Shown: positions 8,098 through 17,453 of the stretch, in pieces
Layout: every line of letters starts with the position of its first letter
Numbering within the stretch: the stretch's first letter is position 1
Origin: an uncultured virus (IMG/VR IMGVR_UViG_3300046557_000419)
Taxonomy: Duplodnaviria; Heunggongvirae; Uroviricota; Caudoviricetes
Direction: 5' to 3' (one strand)
DNA: 64,000 nt
IMG/VR virus record: IMGVR_UViG_3300046557_000419
Coordinates: 1-64,000 of that record
Notes under the pieces: model-generated
What the model was told of the DNA's origin: nothing
The model's database searches: none
Seen by the model: only the letters and a program-made list of their open reading frames with translations
Program-made: the position numbers and the translations under genes

Positions 8098-9390
8098 GTG
8101 ACCAGCAAAGCTCGCGACCTCGTCAAGCGGCTCGGCCGCCTTGGCGTTCCTACCAACTTGCGCCGTCATCCGAACACTGTCGTTGCCCTCGGCGATAGCC
8201 GCGCCGCCCAGATCCATGCGGATGGCATCTTCAAGAACAAGTCCGGCTACAACCACTTCAGTGTGGGCAACGCGCTGGCCGGCAACCGCGCCATTCTTCT
8301 GAAGAATTTCGGCGTCAGCGGCGATCGCTCCGACCAGATCCTCACCCGGCTCAAGCCGGCGATCGATACGGGCGCCTACGTCCTCTACATCATCGCTGGC
8401 GTCAACGACATCGCCCAGAACTATCCGACCGCGACCACGTCCGGTGTCACCGCCTTCGCGAACATCAAGACGATGATCGACGCTGCCGTCTCGAACGGCA
8501 TGTTGCCGCTCGTCGTCCTGGATCCCGGCGCCAACAACATGACGCCGGCCCAGATCGCCCAGCTCTACATCTTGCAGGAGTTGCTGCGAGAGTACGCTGA
8601 GATCTGCCCGCACATGGTCCTCTTCGACCTGCCGTCTGCGATCTACAACATGGCCGCCACGTCGACGACTGCGCTGGCCCTGATTGGCACGATCGACGGC
8701 GTCCATGAGGGCAGCCTTGGCGGCTATCTCGGCGGGAAGTTGTTCGCCCAGATCTTGATGGCGATCATGCCCCCGCGACCGCACGGCTTCCGCAGTGCTG
8801 TCGAGAACCCGACCACCTCGCTCATCAACCTGACCGCCAATCCGATGTTCACGGGCGGAGAGACCGGCACGGTCGGCACTGGGTTCACCGGCAAGATCGC
8901 GACAAGCTTCGTCGGCGCTCGATCTGGCGCGGCGACTGCTGTCGGATCTGTGGCGCTGTCCAATGACGGCTCCGGTCTCTGGGAGCAAGTGCTGCAGTGT
9001 ACGTTCGCGGCGGCCGGCGACGAGGTCAACCTCCACCAGGATATCCCGACCACTCTTTGGAACGCGGGCGATGTCCTTCAGTCTCACGCGGAAGTCGTCG
9101 TCGACGCCGGCAGTGTGAACCTCTGTGGTGCCTACCTCTACCTGCAGGCCAACGGCACGATTGGTGGTTCGAGCGTCGCTACCACCGCGATGGACGGTTA
9201 CGTCAACGGCACGCAGCATGGTGTCACGACCACCGAGGGCTTCAAGCTCAACTACTCGACCGAGAAGCTCTTGGTTCCGAACTACGACGTGAAGAGCTGG
9301 GTCACCGCCCATGTCAAGGTCGTCGGCGCTGGCATTGGGTCGGCAACCGTCCGTGTTCGACGCTTCGGTGTCCGCAAGCGGTTCGCCTAA
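8098..9390 (+). CDS. SGNH/GDSL hydrolase with C-terminal beta-sandwich
   Basis: LGDS, GVSG, GVND and DGVH blocks. Confidence 0.85.
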   Translation: MTSKARDLVKRLGRLGVPTNLRRHPNTVVALGDSRAAQIHADGIFKNKSGYNHFSVGNALAGNRAILLKNFGVSGDRSDQILTRLKPAIDTGAYVLYIIAGVNDIAQNYPTATTSGVTAFANIKTMIDAAVSNGMLPLVVLDPGANNMTPAQIAQLYILQELLREYAEICPHMVLFDLPSAIYNMAATSTTALALIGTIDGVHEGSLGGYLGGKLFAQILMAIMPPRPHGFRSAVENPTTSLINLTANPMFTGGETGTVGTGFTGKIATSFVGARSGAATAVGSVALSNDGSGLWEQVLQCTFAAAGDEVNLHQDIPTTLWNAGDVLQSHAEVVVDAGSVNLCGAYLYLQANGTIGGSSVATTAMDGYVNGTQHGVTTTEGFKLNYSTEKLLVPNYDVKSWVTAHVKVVGAGIGSATVRVRRFGVRKRFA

Positions 9391-9393
9391 GCC

Positions 9394-9591
9394 ATGGCGA
9401 AGAAGTGGACCCGTCGCATGTGGACCGCGATGCGGATCCACGAACATAACCAAAAGCGCCGTGCGGCCATCGCGCCAACGCCACCGGTTGGGCACTTCTC
9501 ACTGTACGTGAGCCCCAGCGAGGGGACGAAAGTAATCCTGCGCGGAAAGGCCACTGACGGCACCTACTTCACCCTGGTCGGGCACCAATGA
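9394..9591 (+). CDS. Small protein (paralog of 9588-9863)
   Basis: C-terminal PVG...RGKxxDxTYxxxxG. Confidence 0.55.
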   Translation: MAKKWTRRMWTAMRIHEHNQKRRAAIAPTPPVGHFSLYVSPSEGTKVILRGKATDGTYFTLVGHQ

Positions 9592-9863
9592 GCTCTCGAT
9601 CTCGGGTGAAGCTGTCGACGCAGCTCGATCCGACGCACGCGACATATCGCAAGAAGTCGCTTGACGTCGCCTTTCGCAGTCCGGGCAGGCCGATGCAGCT
9701 GCAATTCTACCAGCTGAAATACCCATTCCCCATCCCCGACCAGAACCCAGTCGCCCCAGTCGGGCGCGTGTTCCTGGTCGGGAGGAATGCGGACGGCTCC
9801 GCAACAATCTTCAGAGGCAAGACCTCTGACAACACCTACACGAAGATTTCAGGAAAAAAATGA
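9588..9863 (+). CDS. Small protein (paralog of 9394-9591)
   Basis: Same C-terminal motif; coupled. Confidence 0.55.
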   Translation: MSSRSRVKLSTQLDPTHATYRKKSLDVAFRSPGRPMQLQFYQLKYPFPIPDQNPVAPVGRVFLVGRNADGSATIFRGKTSDNTYTKISGKK

Positions 9864-12800
9864 CAGGTGAAATCGAACTTCTTCCGACGCGCTTGCTCGA
9901 CTATGTGATCGGGCATGATGCGGCCGGGCTCGCCGGTCGTCAGTGGCGCACCGACTTTCAGACCCTCTACAACGCAAAGCGATACGGCGCCATCGGCGAC
10001 GGCGCAGCACACCCGCTCAGCGAACGATATGCGACGCTTGCTATCGCGCAGGCAGATTATCCGAAGGCCACGGCGCTCACTGAGTCGATCGATTGGCACG
10101 CCCATCAGAAGGCTATCGACGCCGCCACCTCAGATGGAGGCGGTATCGTCCATACGCCTCGCGGCAAATTCATAATGTCGCCCTGTCCGGGGCCTCTGAA
10201 GTTCCCGCTGTCGCGCGATGAAGCCCTCACTCCGAACGGGCCGAACAATGCCCAGGTCAACTGGATGGGTGACGGCGACCTTATCTCCGTCCTCCAGTGG
10301 ACCGAAGATATGGGTGCGACACCGAACTCTGCCTATGCCGTCATGTGCGGTCAGCAGGCTGGTGACGCCATCAATCTGCAAGCTGACAGCCGCTACGGCA
10401 CCACCAACGCGAACGTCAGCTCTGGCTGGTTCAGCAATCTCTCGCTGGTCGGCCCGGCTTACACGAACCTCGGCGGTGTTCATCGCGTAGGTCAGACTGG
10501 CTGCAACATGAGCGCCATCTGCTGGGCGTCTCATCGCATGCTGCTCGACGTGAAGATCTCGTGGTTCTATGCCGGCCTCGACATCGTTGGCGATCACACG
10601 ACTCTGAAGCACGTTCAGCTTAATCGCAACTACTACGGCATGTATATCAACCACAATTCGCCGTACCTCTACGGCGACTTGACCATCGACGACAAGTTTG
10701 CGAACGGCAACAACCGGTTCGCCTGTGTCGGCTTCGCCTATGGCGGCGCGATGGGAACTTGGCACATCCGTGGACGACCCTTCTTCGGTACCTCGCCATT
10801 CGTCTTCTTCAAGGAGGCGACGCCGTCAAACTGGTCTTCCGGCACCATGCCGCCGCCCCAGCCGGGCTTCCTGTCCGGCTGTCAGGTGGACAGCCTGTTC
10901 ACGGAAGGCGTGGGCAACGCCGTCATCTGGGACGACAACATCCGCGCCTACGGGTCGACGAATACCTCGACGATCGACAGGTGCAGCTTCAAGCATTTGA
11001 CCCTCCCGGGTTGGAATGACCAGCTGCGTCTGCCGGCCTACGACCGCTGCTTCATGCTGGTCTGCAATCTCAACGGCGTGACGTTCGAGAACATCACGAA
11101 GTGGGAGGCGACGGGCTGCACCCGACCGCTGTTCGACGTCGTTGGAACGATGTACGGCGAGAGCAAGATCACGGGCAACATCGAAGCGCTGATCACCAGC
11201 GCGGCGAACGCCGGCCAAGCGCTGCTCTATGCGACGGTTGCGAACGGCGGCTCCGGTCATGCTGTTGGCGACGTGTTGCCGATCTCTGGCGGAACGCCAT
11301 ACGCGGCTGCCACAGTGGCGACCGTTAAGGTGACTGCCGTCAGTGCCGGCGTCATCACCGGCATCGCGGTGCTTAGCAACGGCCTCTATTCGGCTTCGCC
11401 GTCTGCAACGTCTGGACAGGGTGTCAGCTCCGGCACAGGCACGGGCGCGACCTTCAACCTGACGATGGCGCCGCAGCAGATCTTCCGCGCGTCGAGCGAC
11501 TCGAACCTCAAGCGCATGGCGGTTGAGCATATCGGTGGCGACGGCTCAGTTGGCTGCTGGAAGGGACGTTTCTACAGCGTCTACAACGGCAACCCCGTTG
11601 TGTCTGGCCACGCCCTGTGCGAGGTGTTCAACGGCGCCAAGCCGGGTCGCGAAAGCGACAACAGTCCGTTCCTGGGCTTCTGCCGCATCACCGCGACCAG
11701 CCCGACCAGTGCGATCAACGTTTCGACGATCGCCGCGGATGAGGGAGAGGATCTGCCGTACTTCCCGGCCGGCCCGACGACCCTTCAGACGCTGCACAAG
11801 CTGTCAGAGGTCGGTGGCTGCATCACCAACGCCCAGAACATGGGTGACGGTCGTGTCGTCGCTTACCGAACCAGCTCGCTCATGTCCACCCACAAGGGGT
11901 ATCGTGGCAGCACGTCTCCCAACGGGCGGACCCGCTTCGCCGAAGCTACTGGCGGACCGGCCTATACGTTGGTCTCCAACGACCGCGGTAAGATCAAGCG
12001 TCTGAACAGCGCGTCAGTGCAGGTCGCAGGTGGCGGCTTGGGCTCTGGTGGAACCGGTCATTCGGCCGGAGACATTCTGACTGTTGTCGGAGGCACGCTT
12101 GCTTCTGGCGGTACCGCCGCGACCCTTATCGTCAAGACGGTATCTGCTGGAGTCGTGACCGAGACGGCTGTCCTCAGCCCCGGAAACTACACCGCGTTGC
12201 CGGCCAACCCGGCTGCAACGACCAGCTCCGGCGCAGGAACTGGCGCAACTATCTTCCTGGTGTCGGAGTCTGCTCCGATCGTCGTCACGCTGCCGTCAAC
12301 CTTTCTGGTCGGGTTCGAAACCGAGCTGTGGCAGGGCTACCTCGGCTCGGTGAGCTGGGTCGGCGCGGCCGGAGCGACCGTTACGGCTGCGGCTGGCGTC
12401 ACCTCGACCGATGGTCCGAACACGTCAGTGATTGCGACCGTGGTGAACTACGGCGTCGCGGGTATCACGATCGTCAACGGCGGCTCAGGCCACGCTGTCA
12501 ACGATATCGTGACGATCGGCGGCGGCACGACCGCGCTTAACGGCGTGGCTGCACAGGGCAAGGTCACGAGCGTCAGTGGCGGCGTCATCACGGGTATCGT
12601 TCCGTTCACGATGGGCAACTACTGGACCGGTCCGACCGGAACCGTTGCGCAGTCCGCAACGACCGGCTCTGGCACGGGCTTCACCTGCACGGTGACGCTG
12701 GGCAACGAGTGGTTCATCCGCCCGTCAGCTCCGCGTCGGCGGACGGTGAACAACCAGACCGCGCCCTACACGCTGCAGCTGGCTGACGATGCCAACACGG

Positions 12801-13042
12801 TCAATGTGAACGTGGCAGCAGCGGCCAAGGTCTACGTTCGTCCGGATGCTCCGGTCGGGTTCAAGGTCACGATCATCCAGGGCGGCGCAGGTCAGATTAC
12901 GCCTGCACTGGTCAACGGCGGATCGATCGTCAGCTACACGGGTCTGACGAAGACTGCCGGCCAGTACGCCAAGATCGAACTGGAAGTCTTGAGCAATCCC
13001 GGCTCCGCGCCGGTTGTCCAGATTTCCGGGCAGCTCGCCTAA
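9860..13042 (+). CDS. Tailspike/fibre-like protein with beta-helix and Gly/Thr repeats
   Basis: YGAIGDG...QKAIDAA...GGIVHTPRGKF beta-helix cap; three GGSGH.VGD repeats. Confidence 0.8.
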   Translation: MTGEIELLPTRLLDYVIGHDAAGLAGRQWRTDFQTLYNAKRYGAIGDGAAHPLSERYATLAIAQADYPKATALTESIDWHAHQKAIDAATSDGGGIVHTPRGKFIMSPCPGPLKFPLSRDEALTPNGPNNAQVNWMGDGDLISVLQWTEDMGATPNSAYAVMCGQQAGDAINLQADSRYGTTNANVSSGWFSNLSLVGPAYTNLGGVHRVGQTGCNMSAICWASHRMLLDVKISWFYAGLDIVGDHTTLKHVQLNRNYYGMYINHNSPYLYGDLTIDDKFANGNNRFACVGFAYGGAMGTWHIRGRPFFGTSPFVFFKEATPSNWSSGTMPPPQPGFLSGCQVDSLFTEGVGNAVIWDDNIRAYGSTNTSTIDRCSFKHLTLPGWNDQLRLPAYDRCFMLVCNLNGVTFENITKWEATGCTRPLFDVVGTMYGESKITGNIEALITSAANAGQALLYATVANGGSGHAVGDVLPISGGTPYAAATVATVKVTAVSAGVITGIAVLSNGLYSASPSATSGQGVSSGTGTGATFNLTMAPQQIFRASSDSNLKRMAVEHIGGDGSVGCWKGRFYSVYNGNPVVSGHALCEVFNGAKPGRESDNSPFLGFCRITATSPTSAINVSTIAADEGEDLPYFPAGPTTLQTLHKLSEVGGCITNAQNMGDGRVVAYRTSSLMSTHKGYRGSTSPNGRTRFAEATGGPAYTLVSNDRGKIKRLNSASVQVAGGGLGSGGTGHSAGDILTVVGGTLASGGTAATLIVKTVSAGVVTETAVLSPGNYTALPANPAATTSSGAGTGATIFLVSESAPIVVTLPSTFLVGFETELWQGYLGSVSWVGAAGATVTAAAGVTSTDGPNTSVIATVVNYGVAGITIVNGGSGHAVNDIVTIGGGTTALNGVAAQGKVTSVSGGVITGIVPFTMGNYWTGPTGTVAQSATTGSGTGFTCTVTLGNEWFIRPSAPRRRTVNNQTAPYTLQLADDANTVNVNVAAAAKVYVRPDAPVGFKVTIIQGGAGQITPALVNGGSIVSYTGLTKTAGQYAKIELEVLSNPGSAPVVQISGQLA

Positions 13043-13047
13043 CGGCA

Positions 13048-13155
13048 ATGGCCAAGAAGCAGAAGCACGTCAAGCAGGTGTCTAAGAGCACCAAGCTGAC
13101 CGAGCTGCGGCTTGAGCGCAAGCGGCGACGCAAGCGCAAAGCCGCGGCCGGCTAA
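13048..13155 (+). CDS. 35-aa Lys/Arg-rich peptide
   Basis: MAKKQKHVKQVSKSTKLTELRLERKRRRKRKAAAG. Confidence 0.45.
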   Translation: MAKKQKHVKQVSKSTKLTELRLERKRRRKRKAAAG

Positions 13156-13159
13156 CCAC

Positions 13160-13301
13160 ACCATCCCGGAGCACAGAACAGGGAGCAGGGTAATGAAGCC
13201 CTGACCGTCTGCTAGGCCCGGCTGCCAGCGGGGAGTTTCCCTCCTTTCCTTCCCGCTGGCGCCCGACGACAAATCAGCAAGCTGCAAAACGTCGGGCACC
13301 A
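13160..13301 (+). ncRNA. Candidate structured RNA ending in hairpin + ACCA
   Basis: Stems CAGGG/CCCTG, GCCAGCGGG/CCCGCTGGC, GCCCGACG/CGTCGGGC then ACCA. Confidence 0.45.
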
Positions 13302-13335
13302 TTTCCTTTTCACATACACGAAAGGCCCAGGGCCA

Positions 13336-13902
13336 ATGAAACTCCAATACCTCATCACTCCTGTTGCAGGTCCATCCATTGCCAATCGCTGGATCTTCTC
13401 GATCCTGAAGGACGCCGAGGGGAAGCGCCGCATCAGCTTGCTGCCAGAAGTGGCGCAGGATTACGTCGATCGTGGCTGGCTTGTTCTCGATGACGCTTCT
13501 CCGCCCGTTGTCATCCCCCCGGCAGAGCAGGCTCCGGAATACGACTTCAAGGGATCGACCGTCCGGAACGCGCGACCGCCGATCAATCGCTACTCCGCAA
13601 ACCACACCTTGGCGAGTCCGACTGTCGGATCGGACAAGGGCGCCATACTCATCTTCAACAGCGCCTCGGCTGTTGTCGCCACTCTCCCGAAGGATTGGAA
13701 AGAGGGCGACGGGTGCGTCATCCGCCGCGCCGGGGCCGGCGATGTTTCCTTCGCGCTTGAGAGCGGAGCCACCAAGGTTCTTCCAGCGTCCCGGAGCGCA
13801 CACACCAAGGTCGCCGAGCAGCATGGCGAGGTGATGGTTCGCGTCCTCGGCAACGCGGACGGCGCCTCTGCAGTTTGGTCCATCGAAGGGGCGACGGCAT
13901 GA
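13336..13902 (+). CDS. Virion fibre/adaptor protein
   Basis: C-terminal domain resembles that of 9860-13042. Confidence 0.65.
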   Translation: MKLQYLITPVAGPSIANRWIFSILKDAEGKRRISLLPEVAQDYVDRGWLVLDDASPPVVIPPAEQAPEYDFKGSTVRNARPPINRYSANHTLASPTVGSDKGAILIFNSASAVVATLPKDWKEGDGCVIRRAGAGDVSFALESGATKVLPASRSAHTKVAEQHGEVMVRVLGNADGASAVWSIEGATA

Positions 13903-15029
13903 TCATCTTGCCGAACTTTGGGATATCCCGGAGCGCAGGCAATCTGGCACCGGCTATCGCACTCACCTACATGACGCGCCTACAGGACAGCCCGGCTGCG
14001 CCGTCCGTCAACCTGGATATCGTGGGGAACTATCTCTACACGATCAACCAGAACAAGAAGCTGCTGATCTATGATCTCTCGACGCCGGCAAACCCGACGC
14101 TCGTGGGATCAGTGACCGACACCACTAACCTGAATGGAGCAGGCGGCGTCCGCGTCTCGCCGGACGGCACTCGTGCCTACGTGAGCAACGAAGCCGGCGC
14201 CTCGATGACTGTCTGGAACGTCAGCAACAAGGCTGCGCCAACGTTCGTTGCCACCCAGCGCGGCCCGACTCCCGGCACCTCGCTCGCTGGTGCATCAAAC
14301 CTTCGCCTGAACGCCGCCGGCACGCTGTGCCTTGTGACTACGATCACCCGCAACTCGCTCGCTCTGATCAACGTCTCAAACCCGGCAGTTCCAACCTGGC
14401 TCGCTGAAGTGACCGGCCTCAACGGCGCCCGTGACGTCTACCTCTCGAAGGATGAGAAGACGGCGTACGTGACCTGCGACTCGTCCGGCGTCATGGGCGT
14501 GGTCGACATCACGAACCCGGCTGCTCCGGTGCTGGTCCGAACCGTCACTGACGCGGCTTACGGCACGTTTGCACGCGGCATCACCATGAACGCGGCCGGG
14601 ACCAGGCTCTACACCATGGGTCCGAGCACCGCAGGCCTTGGTTGGAAGGGTTCGATCGGCATCTGGGATATCTTGGGCGCCAAGCAGAACAGTCCAACAC
14701 AAATCTCGGCGTACGTCGGCACTGCCAGCGGCACGCCCGGATATCTTGCAGGCGGTCGCGGAATGGTGCTCTCGCCTGACGAGAAGTATCTGTATGCGGC
14801 CTCCGAAGCCGGTGACAGCTTCTCGCTGTTCAACATCAGCAATGAGGCCGCAATTCAGCTCATCGAGATCAATAGGGGCGCTGTGCCTGGAACTGACCTG
14901 GACGCGGCGATGGGTCTGAAGGTCAAGGCCGGATACGCCTACATCTCGTGCTACGGGCAGGCGGCTTCTCCGGCTGGCCGCGGCATCGCAATCGTCAAGG
15001 TGGACCCGTACTACGGGACGCCAAACTAA
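13899..15029 (+). CDS. LVIVD-repeat beta-propeller protein
   Basis: Repeated LxIxDxSxPAxPxLV units. Confidence 0.8.
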   Translation: MIILPNFGISRSAGNLAPAIALTYMTRLQDSPAAPSVNLDIVGNYLYTINQNKKLLIYDLSTPANPTLVGSVTDTTNLNGAGGVRVSPDGTRAYVSNEAGASMTVWNVSNKAAPTFVATQRGPTPGTSLAGASNLRLNAAGTLCLVTTITRNSLALINVSNPAVPTWLAEVTGLNGARDVYLSKDEKTAYVTCDSSGVMGVVDITNPAAPVLVRTVTDAAYGTFARGITMNAAGTRLYTMGPSTAGLGWKGSIGIWDILGAKQNSPTQISAYVGTASGTPGYLAGGRGMVLSPDEKYLYAASEAGDSFSLFNISNEAAIQLIEINRGAVPGTDLDAAMGLKVKAGYAYISCYGQAASPAGRGIAIVKVDPYYGTPN

Positions 15030-15030
15030 T

Positions 15031-15385
15031 AGGTGGCATACGGCTCCGGTAACGGATGTCCGCTCTAACGGGTAAGCCAGCAGTCCCGTAGTCCTCGTAA
15101 TTCCGCACCCGCGCAAACCCGACTGATCCTCGGAACGCATGCGGTCGAGGCATAGGATGATCGACTTCTGGATTGGATCATCCCCACCTCAGCGCCGTCC
15201 GTAGCAGGCATCCCCAGCGACCGTAAGGGCAGGGGACCAAAGCGCGGACGGCGCGCTACTTTCCTCGGTCCAGCCGAACGTCACCTGATGACATAGGGGT
15301 GGCTGGTTAAACAGGAGCCATGCGTCCAACCGAGCGCTCGCGCGAGCGAGCATCGCCCGTCATCGTATTCCGGTGACGGGCACCA
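15031..15385 (+). ncRNA. Candidate large structured ncRNA (~355 nt)
   Basis: Multiple stems, GTAA tetraloops, long-range pairings, terminal hairpin + ACCA. Confidence 0.55.
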
Positions 15386-15401
15386 ATTCAGGAGACATCT
15401 C

Positions 15402-15581
15402 ATGGGGCGCAGAGCCCGCGGACGCTATCGATGCAAGTGCGCTCACTGCCTCGGCATCGATCGCACGAAGCTCATAAAGCGCTTCGAAGCAAAACTCGTC
15501 GAAGAGGCTCTCCTCCCCGACGAAGAGAACATCTTCGACTCCTGGTACGACTGGGAGAAACACTACGATCTGCCTGGGTAG
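15402..15581 (+). CDS. Small CxxC protein (MGRRARGRYRCKCAHC...)
   Basis: AGGAG RBS; 59 aa; overlaps the tRNA by 10 nt. Confidence 0.5.
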   Translation: MGRRARGRYRCKCAHCLGIDRTKLIKRFEAKLVEEALLPDEENIFDSWYDWEKHYDLPG

Positions 15582-15646
15582 CTCAGTGGTAGAGCAGCGG
15601 GGTCATAATCCGCATGTCGCAAGTTCAACTCTTGCCCCCGGCACCA
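15572..15646 (+). tRNA. tRNA with CAT anticodon (elongator Met or Ile2)
   Basis: Cloverleaf with GCGGG-GTCATAA-TCCGC and CCA end. Confidence 0.88.
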
Positions 15647-15801
15647 TCTACGGCTCCCCGATAGGCTCTGCCTGGGGGATGGAAAAAGGCGCACCGTATG
15701 GGCGCCGGCCGCATCTAAGCCGCAAGGCGCACGCTCCCCGCGTCCCGACGACTGGTCAGTCCGTCGCTTGAAGAAATCGGGTGGGGACAAATTCAACTTG
15801 C

Positions 15802-15874
15802 GTCGGTGAGCCCGCGGGGGTGGCCTGGTCTCCAAAACCAAGGTCCGAGAGTTCAACTCCCTACACCGGCGCCA
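15802..15874 (+). tRNA. Atypical or degenerate tRNA-Trp(CCA)
   Basis: Acceptor GTCGGTG/CACCGGC + GCCA; loop CTCCAAA; weak D and T arms. Confidence 0.6.
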
Positions 15875-15889
15875 ACATTCAGGACCGTC

Positions 15890-16306
15890 ATGTTTTTCTC
15901 TATCCTGCTGGGCCTCGTGCCCAAGCTCGGGTCGTGGTTTGTCGACTATCTGGGTAAGCGGTCCGACAACGAACTCGAGAAAATCAAGGCCACGATCGGC
16001 GGCGACGTCCAGCTGAACGTTGCCGAGCTGCGCTACAAAGTCGAGATCGCCCGGATGGCGGCCGACATGCGCAAGGACGATCGCGAGCACTGGTTCACCG
16101 CGTGGATGGTGCCGTGCGCCTTCTCGATCTTCATCATCCACATCGCCGCTGTCGTGTTCGATAGCATCCCTCTGTTCGGTCACGAGGTCGGAAGCTGGCA
16201 GGTCGCCAAGCTGCCGGGCCTGTATGCCGACATGCAGTACAACATCGTGATGACGATCTGCGGCGTCGCCGGGGTCGCGTCAATCAAGAAGATTTTCTCC
16301 CGATGA
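15890..16306 (+). CDS. Holin-like membrane protein (3TM type)
   Basis: Amphipathic N-terminus plus two TM segments. Confidence 0.55.
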   Translation: MFFSILLGLVPKLGSWFVDYLGKRSDNELEKIKATIGGDVQLNVAELRYKVEIARMAADMRKDDREHWFTAWMVPCAFSIFIIHIAAVVFDSIPLFGHEVGSWQVAKLPGLYADMQYNIVMTICGVAGVASIKKIFSR

Positions 16307-16638
16307 AAGCCATCACCGACTCCACCGCGGTCTCCGACGTATTCGAGGCCGGAAGGCCTGTGGTCATCAAGTTCGAAGCAAAGTGGTGTGCGCCATGCAA
16401 GGCAATGACTCCCGTCCTCCTCGACATCGAGAAGGAATACGGCCAGCGCGTTCCATTCTTCACGGCCAACGTGGAGCATTGCCAGAGCGTGGCACAGCTG
16501 CTGCAGGTCTCCCAAATCCCGGCTCTTTTGGTGGTCGCAAACAGAACAGTCCTGGCCAAGCGCGTCGGCTCCGCTTCCAAGCAGGAAATCGTGCAGTGGC
16601 TACGTCAGGCAATTCCAGGCCTAAGAGATGACCGCTGA
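16303..16638 (+). CDS. trxA: Thioredoxin
   Basis: WCAPCK active site and IP motif. Confidence 0.9.
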   Translation: MKAITDSTAVSDVFEAGRPVVIKFEAKWCAPCKAMTPVLLDIEKEYGQRVPFFTANVEHCQSVAQLLQVSQIPALLVVANRTVLAKRVGSASKQEIVQWLRQAIPGLRDDR

Positions 16639-16858
16639 GCACAGGGAGAGGTTCGTCGTCGACTTCGAGTCGATGTCGATCGTCTACGAGGGCGGCTTCT
16701 CGGTTCCGATCGTCGGCATGATCGACCGGTTCGACATGGAAACCGACGACCCCGATGAAGCTGAGGAAATCCTCATCAAGATGCCGCCCGATGGGTTGGT
16801 CTTCGTCATGCTGATGGACGACATCAACGCGGTGATCGACCGCACCGGAACGGCCTAA
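16628..16858 (+). CDS. Acidic hypothetical protein
   Basis: 76-aa ORF. Confidence 0.6.
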   Translation: MTAEHRERFVVDFESMSIVYEGGFSVPIVGMIDRFDMETDDPDEAEEILIKMPPDGLVFVMLMDDINAVIDRTGTA

Positions 16859-16876
16859 CAAACAAGAAGAAGAACA

Positions 16877-17434
16877 ATGACCGATTTACCGCCGCGTCGC
16901 CGAGGACGGCCGACGAATGAGGAGAAGGCTGCCCGCGAGGCTGCAGTCAAGGCGAAGTCCGAAAAGGACGCTCAGGAAACTGAGTTCCTGGACGATGTTC
17001 TCGCCCAACCAATCAAGCGCCGCGCCCCGCAGGCGAGGATCCAGCCGGACGACGAAACGCTCCGCACCATCGGTGAGCTTGGCAAGTTGTTCTGTACCCA
17101 AGAGGAGGTTGCCGCGGTGCTCGGCGTGTCCCGGCGGACATTCCAGACGTTCATCTCGGAGTGCCAAGAGGCTCGTGACGTTTGGGATGACGGCCTGATG
17201 CACGCCAAGGTCTCGCTGCGCCGCAAGCAGCTCGCGCTCGCCGACAAGAACGCGCCGGCCGCGATCTTCCTCGGCAAGAACTACCTCGGCCAGAAGGACG
17301 AGAGCACCACCAACATGAACATCTCCAAGCCCGTCGCGGAAATGAGCGAAGCGGAGCTGATGGAAATCGCCATGCGAAAGTCTGGCTCGGCGCCGCCGTC
17401 CAAGCCTGAGACCAAGACGGAGCGCGTCCACTGA
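16877..17434 (+). CDS. Terminase small subunit
   Basis: HTH (EEVAAVLGVSRRTF) and AAIFLGKNYLGQKD motif. Confidence 0.75.
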   Translation: MTDLPPRRRGRPTNEEKAAREAAVKAKSEKDAQETEFLDDVLAQPIKRRAPQARIQPDDETLRTIGELGKLFCTQEEVAAVLGVSRRTFQTFISECQEARDVWDDGLMHAKVSLRRKQLALADKNAPAAIFLGKNYLGQKDESTTNMNISKPVAEMSEAELMEIAMRKSGSAPPSKPETKTERVH

Positions 17435-17453
17435 CAATGCAAGGGACTGACCG

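Noticed and set aside
15286..15292. CTGATGA hammerhead core
   Set aside because: No correctly placed GAAA or stems
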